Source: Acidobacteriota bacterium
GTDB lineage: Bacteria; Acidobacteriota; UBA890; WLXD01
Length of the DNA: 64,000 nucleotides
NCBI GenBank assembly: GCA_963666215.2
Contig: CAXWPL010000001.1
Span: 160,001 to 224,000 of the forward strand
Reading direction: 5' to 3'
Numbering within the stretch: the first letter of the stretch is position 1; each line of letters starts with the position of its first letter. Position numbers and translations under genes: made by a program. Shown in pieces: positions 55,062 to 64,000 of the stretch. The notes beneath the pieces are model-generated. The model was not told the DNA's origin, made no database searches, and worked only from the letters and a program-made list of their open reading frames with translations.

Positions 55062-56984
55062 TCAGGACGCGGTGGAGTCCTCCAGCAATTCTTTCGGAGG
55101 CCCGAGATTGGCTTCGGGAAGGATTTCTGCAAAGAGATCTCGCACCATCTGATGGTCGGCGCTGGTTGACAGGGCGCGAAGCCTGTCCAGCGCCGAGGCC
55201 ACGTGGTGCGGCGGCAATGGCGGGATCCTGCCGATGAAGATCTTGGGATGACGAGTCTTCGCCAGTTCCTCGGCGTCGTGACCGATCTCCTCGAAGAGCT
55301 TCTCCCCCGGTCTGATACCGCTGAACTCGAGGGCGATATCCACGTGCGGCACGAAGCCGTGCAGCGAAATCATGCGCTCGGCCAGGTCGACGATGCGCAC
55401 AGGCTCACCCATGTCGAGAACGAAGATCTCGCCACCCTCGCCCATCGCCGCCGCCTCGAGAACCAGGTGGACGGCCTCCGTCACGGTCATGAAGTAACGC
55501 CGCATCTCCGGGTGCGTGACCGTCACTGGCCCACCGGCGTCGATCTGTTCGGCGAAGATCGGCAACACCGACCCGGCCGACTCCAAGACGTTGCCGAAGC
55601 GCACGGCGACATATCGGGTATCGAAGCGCGAGTCCAAATCCTGTATCGCCAGCTCGGCGAGACGCTTGGTCGCGCCCATGACCGAGGTCGGGAAAACTGC
55701 CTTGTCCGTGGAGATCAACACAAACGTCTCGACACCGGAACAACCCGCCCGCTCGGCGAGCGTGTGGGTGGCGAGGACGTTGTTGCGTACGGCCTCAGCG
55801 GCGTTCGACTCCATGAGCGGCACGTGCTTGTGGGCCGCCGCGTGGACGATAATCTCGGGCCGAAGCTCCCGGAAAAGGTACTCAACGCGGTGGGGGTCGC
55901 CAATATCGCCGACGATTGCCGAGATATCGGTGTCAGTGGAGCGAGCCTGAAGCTCGCGATCAATCTCGAAGAGAGCGTTCTCGGCGCGTTCGACGAGCGC
56001 CAGGCTATGGGGTCGAAAATGGACGATCTGACGCGCCAGCTCGGCGCCAATCGAGCCCCCGGCACCGGTCACCAGCACGCGCTTGCCGCTCAGGAAGTGG
56101 TCGAGACGGTCGCGATCGAGACGCAGCGGCTCACGTTGGAGCAGCTGCTCTGGATCGACCTGACGGAAGCGGCTGATCTCCAGATTTCCCTGCAGAAGCT
56201 CGTAAAGGCCGGGGACCTTTCGCACTCGCAATCCTAGCTGGCCGGCGAGCTCTCCGACCCGTCGAACCACCGCCGATTGCGGCTCGGCGATCGTAATCAC
56301 GAGCTCCTGGATCTCGTGCTCTCGCACCAGTCGCGGCAGCTCGTGCGTCGTGCCGAGAACCCTCACTCCATTGATGACCATGCCGCCCTTGAGCGGATCG
56401 TCGTCGACAAAGCCAATGATCTGAACGGCCACGTCGCCGCGGTTCTGGATCTCGCGGGCAGCCAGGATCCCGGCACGGCCCGCGCCCACCAGCAGCACAC
56501 GCCTGAGCTGTTGGTGCGAATCCTGCCGCCGCCGTTCTGTGCTCTCGAACAACATCCGCCGCGCCACCCGCACGCCCAGGAGGCCGAGAAACGCCAACGC
56601 GGCATTGATGAAGATCACCGAAAGCGGCACGCGCCAGGCCTGGAAAGTCGGCGGCAGTAAGACGCGCAGGATCAACAGCGGCACCGCCGTAAACAGCATC
56701 GCACGGCCGAACGCGGGTAGATCCCGTAGACCCGTGTAACGCCAGACGAAAGTCTGCGCACCAGCGACGACCAGTCCGGCGAACTCGAGGGCCAGCACGA
56801 TCGGGAGCTGCGTCACCATGGAGCGAAAGTTATTCGCCGGGACCGCGAAATCGAAACGCAGCTGGTAGGCAAACCAAAATGAGGCGGCCAGCACCGAGAA
56901 GTCGGTCAGGAGCAGAGCCCACCGGCGTGGAGAGCGCATGTTCAACCGCGGCGCGGTGCTGAGCAGCGAAGGGGATGGGCTCAT
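55062..56984 (-). CDS. Nucleotide-sugar 4,6-dehydratase (PglF/CapD/WbpM family)
   Basis: N-terminal TMs, GAGRAG, TGAGGSIG, HAAAHKHVP, STDKAV..MGATK, RFGNVL, RPGEKL. Confidence 0.93.
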   Translation of the reverse strand: MSPSPSLLSTAPRLNMRSPRRWALLLTDFSVLAASFWFAYQLRFDFAVPANNFRSMVTQLPIVLALEFAGLVVAGAQTFVWRYTGLRDLPAFGRAMLFTAVPLLILRVLLPPTFQAWRVPLSVIFINAALAFLGLLGVRVARRMLFESTERRRQDSHQQLRRVLLVGAGRAGILAAREIQNRGDVAVQIIGFVDDDPLKGGMVINGVRVLGTTHELPRLVREHEIQELVITIAEPQSAVVRRVGELAGQLGLRVRKVPGLYELLQGNLEISRFRQVDPEQLLQREPLRLDRDRLDHFLSGKRVLVTGAGGSIGAELARQIVHFRPHSLALVERAENALFEIDRELQARSTDTDISAIVGDIGDPHRVEYLFRELRPEIIVHAAAHKHVPLMESNAAEAVRNNVLATHTLAERAGCSGVETFVLISTDKAVFPTSVMGATKRLAELAIQDLDSRFDTRYVAVRFGNVLESAGSVLPIFAEQIDAGGPVTVTHPEMRRYFMTVTEAVHLVLEAAAMGEGGEIFVLDMGEPVRIVDLAERMISLHGFVPHVDIALEFSGIRPGEKLFEEIGHDAEELAKTRHPKIFIGRIPPLPPHHVASALDRLRALSTSADHQMVRDLFAEILPEANLGPPKELLEDSTAS

Positions 56985-57198
56985 GACCTATCGAATCCGG
57001 GAAACTAGCTGGCGGTCCGACACTCTTGCTTCGCCTCCTACCACGGGATTGCTGGTCGTCTAGATCGCCGATTATAGTGGACGCTTGGCCGTTCCTGGAC
57101 GCCTGAGCACAGCCCCAGCCAACGTGAGCGGCCAACTGCGGACCCTCGAGCGCACGTCGGCGAGGCGGGTTCGAGCGAGGCTGGCACGTTACGACGAT

Positions 57199-58335
<1,137 letters not shown>

Positions 58336-58363
58336 CGAGTGAGCGTAACGCGTGTGCCGGTGT

Positions 58364-59146
58364 TCACCGCGCCGCTCCAACGTTGTCGTTGGAGGGCTGC
58401 GTCCCGAACTTCCGTAAATACTCGGGGTAGCGCTCGGCGATCCCCTTTCGGAGGGTCTTTCGAGCGAGGGCGACGTGGCTGCGTACCGTCGAAAGGCTGC
58501 AACCGAGAATCTCGGCGACCTCTCGGGCATCGATTCCCTCGATAATGCGGAGGGCGAAGGCCGCCCGCTGTTGAGGAGGCAACCCGTCAGCCAGATCGTC
58601 CCACACCGCTTGGACCTCGGCGCTTCGCGCCGGCAGACTCACGTCGGATGATTCGCTCGGCGCGGGCACGGCCTCCAGCGTCACAGCCGCGGGCCCGGCG
58701 TTCTCGTCGGATGCGTCGCGCAGCGGCACGCGCCGCCGCGCCTCGGTTCTGCCTGAGCGCCAGCGATCGATGGCCTTGTTGGTGGCGATGCGTGTAAGCC
58801 AGGTGTCGACAGCGAAATCGGTGCGATAGGTCGAAGCGCTCTTCCATAGCGCCAGGAAGGTCTCCTGCAGCACCTCCTCGGCGGTCGCCGCGTTGCCGAC
58901 AATCTGGTAAGCAACGAGATAAACATGGCGATGCTTGCTCTCGAAGAGCACCTGGAAAGCAGCCTCGTCGCCTTGGGCGACGGCGGCCAGCAGCGCGGCG
59001 TCGGCGACGCGCGTCGGGCTCGGCTCGGCTTCAGCTTGGCCGAGCGCCAACTCCTGAGGCTGCTCTGGCTGTTGCCTCCGCTCAGGTCGCTCTGGCTCGC
59101 AGACCGACGAGCCGCGGCCCACAAGCCCACCCTCGCGCTCTCCCAT
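58364..59146 (-). CDS. ECF RNA polymerase sigma factor
   Basis: GDEAAF, AEEVLQETF, TWLTRIATN (region 2); LPPQQR, EVAEILG...STVRSH (region 4). Confidence 0.9.
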   Translation of the reverse strand: MGEREGGLVGRGSSVCEPERPERRQQPEQPQELALGQAEAEPSPTRVADAALLAAVAQGDEAAFQVLFESKHRHVYLVAYQIVGNAATAEEVLQETFLALWKSASTYRTDFAVDTWLTRIATNKAIDRWRSGRTEARRRVPLRDASDENAGPAAVTLEAVPAPSESSDVSLPARSAEVQAVWDDLADGLPPQQRAAFALRIIEGIDAREVAEILGCSLSTVRSHVALARKTLRKGIAERYPEYLRKFGTQPSNDNVGAAR

Positions 59147-59152
59147 GTGACG

Positions 59153-60181
59153 CTAACGTTCCGCGGCGTGAGCTAGCGAGGGCACCTGGATGACTTCCGT
59201 CTTGCGTCCGAAGATCATCTTGCCCGCGCTCGTCTGCAACACCGACTTTACCTGCAGCTCGATCGTGTCGCCGCGGTCGTCGCGGGCATCGTCGACCACG
59301 ACCATCGTGCCGTCGTCGAGGTCCCCCACCCCCTGTCCAGCCTCCTTGCCCTCCTTGCCCTCCTTGACGATATAGACCGACATGCGCTCTCCCGGCAGGT
59401 AGGCCGGTTTGAGAGCCTGCGCCAGCTCGTTGACGTTCAGGGTTTCGACACCGCGCACGCGTGCCACCTTCTGCAGGTTGAAGTCGTTGGTGACGACCTT
59501 CGCGTCCAGCTCCTTGGCGAGCTGCACCAACTTCAGGTCCACCTCCGGGATTTCCGGGAAGTCGGTCTCGGAAACCTGCAACGTCAACCCAGGCATCTTC
59601 TGCAAGCGCTGGAGAATGTCGAGGCCGCGGCGCCCGCGGTTGCGCTTGAACGCGTCGGTTGAATCGGCGACCTGTTGCAGCTCGCCAATGACGAAGTGAG
59701 GCACAACCAGAACACCGTCAATGAATCCCGCTTCGGCCACCTCCGCGATGCGGCCGTCGATGATCACGCTGGTGTCGAGCAGCTTGTACCAGCGTGACTC
59801 GCCACGGTCGCCGAACCAGCTCTTGATCGCGCCCGCGGTGATCCACTCGCCCTTCTTGGCGCCAACGATCACTCCCAGGTAGCCGAAGATGAGCAAAGCG
59901 ATGATCTGCAGGACCGTCCGGCCGCCGTCAGAGATCTGAATCAGTCGCGCCAGCAAGCCGAGTCCGAGCGCGAACAGCAACCCCAACGCACCACCCAGGA
60001 GCCCGCCGACGAGGACATTCGACGGCAGGCTGCGCAACTTGACCTCCACGGCAATCGTCGCCGCCGACAAAGCCAGCCCGATCACCAGCCCATTGTTGGG
60101 CCCGATCTCCCAGGGCTCGGCGAAGTAGCCGCGCGCGCCGCAAAGCACCACGAATAGTGCGCGAACCAGCATCGTGCCCAT
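59153..60181 (-). CDS. PIN/TRAM-domain membrane protein (YacL-like)
   Basis: LDTSVIIDGRI, RGRRGLD, TNDFNL, GQGVG.LDDGTMVVV, LQTSAGKMIF. Confidence 0.92.
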   Translation of the reverse strand: MGTMLVRALFVVLCGARGYFAEPWEIGPNNGLVIGLALSAATIAVEVKLRSLPSNVLVGGLLGGALGLLFALGLGLLARLIQISDGGRTVLQIIALLIFGYLGVIVGAKKGEWITAGAIKSWFGDRGESRWYKLLDTSVIIDGRIAEVAEAGFIDGVLVVPHFVIGELQQVADSTDAFKRNRGRRGLDILQRLQKMPGLTLQVSETDFPEIPEVDLKLVQLAKELDAKVVTNDFNLQKVARVRGVETLNVNELAQALKPAYLPGERMSVYIVKEGKEGKEAGQGVGDLDDGTMVVVDDARDDRGDTIELQVKSVLQTSAGKMIFGRKTEVIQVPSLAHAAER

Positions 60182-60304
60182 GGAAAGACGGATGCTCCTG
60201 ATGGAGTTGGGGGAATCGGCATGCGCGCTCGCTCGTGAGACTTACTCGTGGGGCGCGCACGGAGAGATTATAGACGCCTACGGCGCTCCGTCTCCGAGCA
60301 CACG

Positions 60305-60337
60305 AAAGGCCGGAGAGCACACGCTCCCCGGCCTCCC
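60305..60337 (-). terminator. Probable terminator after hsp20
   Basis: GGCCGGGGAGC-GTGT-GCTCTCCGGCC followed by TTT on the minus strand. Confidence 0.6.
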
Positions 60338-60356
60338 AACGTGCGGGCTCGACGGC

Positions 60357-60821
60357 TCAGTTCACTTTGACGGCAATCTTCTTGGGCTGGGCGGCCTCGA
60401 CCTTCGGCAAGACGATCTCCAGCACGCCGTTCCTGAAGTTGGCATCAATCGCATCCTGATCGACGAGGTTCGGAAGGCCGAACATGCGGTGGAAGCTGCC
60501 GTAGCGGCTCTCCAGGCGGCGGTAGTGTCCCGCGTTCTCCTCGTTCTCGAGCTTCTTCTCGCCCTTCAGGCTCAGCCGGTTGTTCTCGACGGTGATCTCC
60601 ACCTCTTCCTCCGACAGTCCGGGAAGCTCGGCGCGGATCCGGATCTCAGTGTCGTTCTCGACGACATCCATCGGTGGCGCCCAGGTCGACGCGCTCTGGT
60701 TATCGGATCCCTCCGACTGATCTCGACCGGCGAGAGCGCCGCCGAGCACGCGATCGAGCTGGCCGGCGAGGTTGGCAAAGCCTGTGAGGTCATGAAACGG
60801 GTCGTAGCGACGGACGAGCAT
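60357..60821 (-). CDS. Hsp20/alpha-crystallin small heat shock protein
   Basis: WAPPMDV.E, AELPG, YGSFHR.F.LP, NGVLEI.LPK. Confidence 0.95.
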   Translation of the reverse strand: MLVRRYDPFHDLTGFANLAGQLDRVLGGALAGRDQSEGSDNQSASTWAPPMDVVENDTEIRIRAELPGLSEEEVEITVENNRLSLKGEKKLENEENAGHYRRLESRYGSFHRMFGLPNLVDQDAIDANFRNGVLEIVLPKVEAAQPKKIAVKVN

Positions 60822-60937
60822 GTTAGCTCCCTCCTCTTGATGTGGTGACAGTGCGCTTGCCAGCCGACCCGAGATCAAGCCGTGTCTATGTGGTAGACCC
60901 GTGCCGTACCGGCGATTTCTTGAACTGATATCTCAGG

Positions 60938-60966
60938 ATAATAAAATCTTAGTCTCTTACTGTCAA
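60938..60966 (-). promoter_or_regulatory. Near-consensus sigma70 promoter of hsp20
   Basis: TTGACA-17 bp-TATTAT. Confidence 0.82.
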
Positions 60967-61102
60967 GTCTTATCAGCACAGATGCGGAGATCTTGACGCG
61001 GGCGTGAGTCGAGGCGAAGTGGAGATCCGAAAGCCGCACGAACCGTTTTGTACCCGCCGCTCGTCACGAAGCCGGGGTGGCGAGCGACGAGCTCGCGACT
61101 CG

Positions 61103-62017
61103 CTACGGATGTGCCAGAGACTCGAGATACGCGGCGACAGATTCACGCCAAGGGGGCAACGGCCGCAATCCGAGCTCACCAGCGCGCTCCGAGCCGAGCG
61201 CCGTGTAGGCGGCGCGCGGCGCCGCCGCGCCGTATTCAGCCGCCGTCGTCGGGCGCACAAGGGAGAGCACGCCGGCGGCTCTGAAGGCCTGCCGAGCCAG
61301 CCGATACCAGGAGCACTCGCCGTCGCCGGCGACGTGGAAGAGCCCCGTGGCGCCGCACCCGAGCAGGTACCAAATGCCGGCCGCCAGATCGGTGGCACTC
61401 GTAGGGCTGACAACCTGGTCGTTCACCACGAGAGTGGGCTCGCCACGCAAAGCGCGCGCGTACATACGCTCGACGAACGATCGGTTGCCGTGTCCCGTGT
61501 GCGGTCGACCGAAGACGCAGGAAGTCCGGATCACCATATGTACGGGCGACGCCGCCAGCACCAAGTGTTCGCCAGCCAGCTTCGACGCGCCGTATACGTT
61601 CAGCGGCTCAGCCCGGTGGCTCTCGAGAAAGGGCCGTCGGCGCGGGCCGCTGAATACATAGTCGGTCGACAGGTGCACCAGACGCGATCCGACCGCTCTG
61701 CAGCCTCGCGCCAGGTTGCCGGCGGCAATCGAGTTGACGCCGAACGCCTCCTCCGGCTCGGTCTCGCAACGGTCTACGGGCTGGAAGACCGTGCAGTTGA
61801 TCACGGCGTGCGGTCGCAAACGCTGCAGCGCCTCGTTGACCGCAACGGCGTCACGGATGTCGAGATCGTCGCGGCCCCAGGCGAGCACCGTCGCCGGATC
61901 GCGCCCGGCAGCCGCGGTGGTCTCTACGAGGGCGTGGCCCGCCTGGCCAAGGGCACCAAGAATCAGGACCGCGGGGCGCTCCGCCGGGACTCTCCTTCCC
62001 ACTTCTGAGTCGGCCAC
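61103..62017 (-). CDS. rmlD: dTDP-4-dehydrorhamnose reductase
   Basis: GALGQAG, HLSTDYVF, PLNVYGASKLAGE, VNDQ..SPT. Confidence 0.88.
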   Translation of the reverse strand: MADSEVGRRVPAERPAVLILGALGQAGHALVETTAAAGRDPATVLAWGRDDLDIRDAVAVNEALQRLRPHAVINCTVFQPVDRCETEPEEAFGVNSIAAGNLARGCRAVGSRLVHLSTDYVFSGPRRRPFLESHRAEPLNVYGASKLAGEHLVLAASPVHMVIRTSCVFGRPHTGHGNRSFVERMYARALRGEPTLVVNDQVVSPTSATDLAAGIWYLLGCGATGLFHVAGDGECSWYRLARQAFRAAGVLSLVRPTTAAEYGAAAPRAAYTALGSERAGELGLRPLPPWRESVAAYLESLAHP

Positions 62018-62024
62018 TCCGACC

Positions 62025-63512
62025 TCAGTAGCGGAACGAATAGCCGCCGCCGAGAAAAACCTGCCGCAGGTTGTCGCGCAGCAAGTCGTCCCAGCCGCCG
62101 GTCACGAAGAAGCGCCCGAACACAAGGTACTGAGCTCTCAGCTTGACGTGCGGGTCGGGATCGCGCCCGAGGTCCCATGCCTCGGCCGACAGGCGCAAGC
62201 GATTATCCGGCCCGAAGTAATCGATCCCGAAGCCCGCCTCGCTCTCTACAACGCCGCCTCGGAACTGCCAGTTGTTAACGCGCTGAGCCAAAACCGCACT
62301 GAAAGTGAAGCCCTCCTCGCGAACGAGCTGGCGCTGGATGGTGCGATCGAGGACGAGGCCGAAATCGTCCAGGGTCTCCGTGACGGTGTTGATTTCGGTG
62401 AAGCCACCGATGTTGTCGTCCACCAGGTGAAAGATCGCGGCACGGTCCGATGCCTCTCCGAGCTCCACCCGCAGGCCGAAATAGTTCCGCGTCGAGTCGC
62501 TACGTTCGTAGAACTCCGAACGCAAGTTGAAGCTGAAGCGTGCCTGACCGACGCGGCGAAAGAAGATGTCGCCGGCGGCCAGCGTGTCGTCGATGCTCTC
62601 GAGCGCATCGTTGAGCTTCCGGACCGTGTTGGGCTCGTTGACGATCTGCGCGAAGCTGCCCTCGCCGCGACTCATCTTGGAGAGGATCTCCTCGAGATCG
62701 GTGGCCGAGCGGTTCAGCGTTTGGGTCACCTCACGCAATCCGTTCGCGGTTTCGCCGATGTTGCCATCGTTGGCGTCGATCAGAGTGCTCACGTCGGCCG
62801 CCAGCTGGCGGAATTCGGCAACCATATCGGGAAGCGAATCAACCAGTTGCGTCGACAGCGTGTCGAGATTCGCCACCACGCCGTCGAGTCCAGCGAAGCT
62901 GTTGGCGAGAATCGGCCGGTTTTGAATGAGCATGTCACGCAACTCGCCGGTGAGCCCCTGGACGTTGACCAGGATGTCGCGCAAAGTCGCCTCGCCTTCC
63001 GCGGTTCCGAGCACACGGCTCAACGCGTCGGTCGTGCTCTTGAGGTCAGCGGCGATGCCGCCAACCACGGTAACGAGCTGGTCGACGGAAGCGGGCGCGC
63101 CGCCTTTGATACGGTCGTTGTCCCCGACGACTCGGCTGGTCGGCGAGCCCGGCCGAATCTCCAGGATTCGGTCACCCAACATGCCGGTGGAGCCGACCAC
63201 CGCGAGCGCATCCTCGTAAACTCGCACGTCGCGGCGGATCCGCAGCGTCACTTCCGCGAAACCATCTGCGGTGAGGCCGACGCTTTCGACGCGCCCGACG
63301 TTCACACCGGCGAGCTGTACAGGATCATCTACGCGCAGACCGGCGACGTTGGAGAACCGCACGCTCACGGTGTACGTCTGGTCGAGATCGAGCCGGCCGA
63401 GGTTCTCGATTCGAATGACGAAGAACGCGAGCGCGGCGACACCAACGAGGACGAGGATGCCGACGCGGGCTTCGGTATTCACGGAGAACCCTCCAGGCTG
63501 CGGGTCGGGCAT
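62025..63512 (-). CDS. MlaD/MCE-family protein with coiled coil and beta-rich C-terminus
   Basis: EARVG, F.NVAGL....V.LAGVNVGRV, GMLGD..LEI.PG. Start may be 63482. Confidence 0.88.
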   Translation of the reverse strand: MPDPQPGGFSVNTEARVGILVLVGVAALAFFVIRIENLGRLDLDQTYTVSVRFSNVAGLRVDDPVQLAGVNVGRVESVGLTADGFAEVTLRIRRDVRVYEDALAVVGSTGMLGDRILEIRPGSPTSRVVGDNDRIKGGAPASVDQLVTVVGGIAADLKSTTDALSRVLGTAEGEATLRDILVNVQGLTGELRDMLIQNRPILANSFAGLDGVVANLDTLSTQLVDSLPDMVAEFRQLAADVSTLIDANDGNIGETANGLREVTQTLNRSATDLEEILSKMSRGEGSFAQIVNEPNTVRKLNDALESIDDTLAAGDIFFRRVGQARFSFNLRSEFYERSDSTRNYFGLRVELGEASDRAAIFHLVDDNIGGFTEINTVTETLDDFGLVLDRTIQRQLVREEGFTFSAVLAQRVNNWQFRGGVVESEAGFGIDYFGPDNRLRLSAEAWDLGRDPDPHVKLRAQYLVFGRFFVTGGWDDLLRDNLRQVFLGGGYSFRY

Positions 63513-63563
63513 CTCGCGAGCGAGACGCGAGTGTTCCGTAGCATAGCGGCTGCGGCGAGCGGA

Positions 63564-64000
63564 CTACAGTCCAGTGATCGGACCCTCGGCGCTGCCGTGA
63601 ATGAACTGCTGTATCACGGGGTTGTCGCTCTGCTGAATCTCCTCGGGCGTGCCGATCGCCTCGATCCTACCCTTGTAGAGCATGGCGATGCGGTCGGCGA
63701 TCTTGTAGGCCGACACCATGTCATGCGTGATCGTCAGCGACGTCACGCTCATGCGCTCGCGCAGCCCGATGATCAAATCGTTGATCTGGTCGGCGAGAAT
63801 AGGGTCGAGCCCGGTGGTCGGCTCGTCGTACAGCATCACGTCGGGGCCCAACGCGATCGCCCGAGCCAACCCGACACGTTTCTTCATACCGCCGGAGAGC
63901 TCCGACGGGGCCTTCTTCTCCGCGCCCTCGAGTCCTACCCAGCGCAGAACCTCGGAGACGCGATCGGCGATGCGCTCGGCATCCCACTTCGTGTGCTGTC
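63564..64000 (-). CDS. MlaF-like ABC ATPase (5' part outside the window)
   Basis: ELSGGMKKRVGLARA, YDEPTTGLDP, ITHD. Confidence 0.88.
   Translation of the reverse strand, partial: QHTKWDAERIADRVSEVLRWVGLEGAEKKAPSELSGGMKKRVGLARAIALGPDVMLYDEPTTGLDPILADQINDLIIGLRERMSVTSLTITHDMVSAYKIADRIAMLYKGRIEAIGTPEEIQQSDNPVIQQFIHGSAEGPITGL

Overview
GC-rich bacterial chromosomal window; gene content and order resemble Acidobacteriota (inference, not a database match). Almost all genes are on the minus strand. From left to right: an IS256-family element that cuts a secreted-protein gene right after its signal peptide; a complete rrn operon (16S, tRNA-Ile, tRNA-Ala, 23S, 5S); tyrS; a purB-S-Q-L-F-M-N cluster; an M16 peptidase; an arcE-arcC-arcB cluster that matches the ATP-conserving arginine synthetase pathway (no arginine deiminase in the window; arcE has a 1-nt frameshift); minor pilins; and a Myxococcus-like type IV pilus locus (pilB, pilT, pilC, pilS, pilR, pilin, pilH, pilI, pilG-like, pilD). 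In that locus pilB is split by an IS481 element and pilS is truncated by a 12-bp tandem duplication that creates an in-frame TAG. Then come a basic histone-like protein; a second T2SS/T4P-like locus (GspF, GspE, PilM/N/O-like, TPR-secretin-cohesin, three pseudopilins, two with Gly/FG-rich loops, and an embedded dehydrogenase); an ECF sigma factor and a probable anti-sigma separated by sugar-modification genes; yacL, hsp20, rmlD and mlaD/mlaF. All calls come from reading motifs and gene order; no searches were run.
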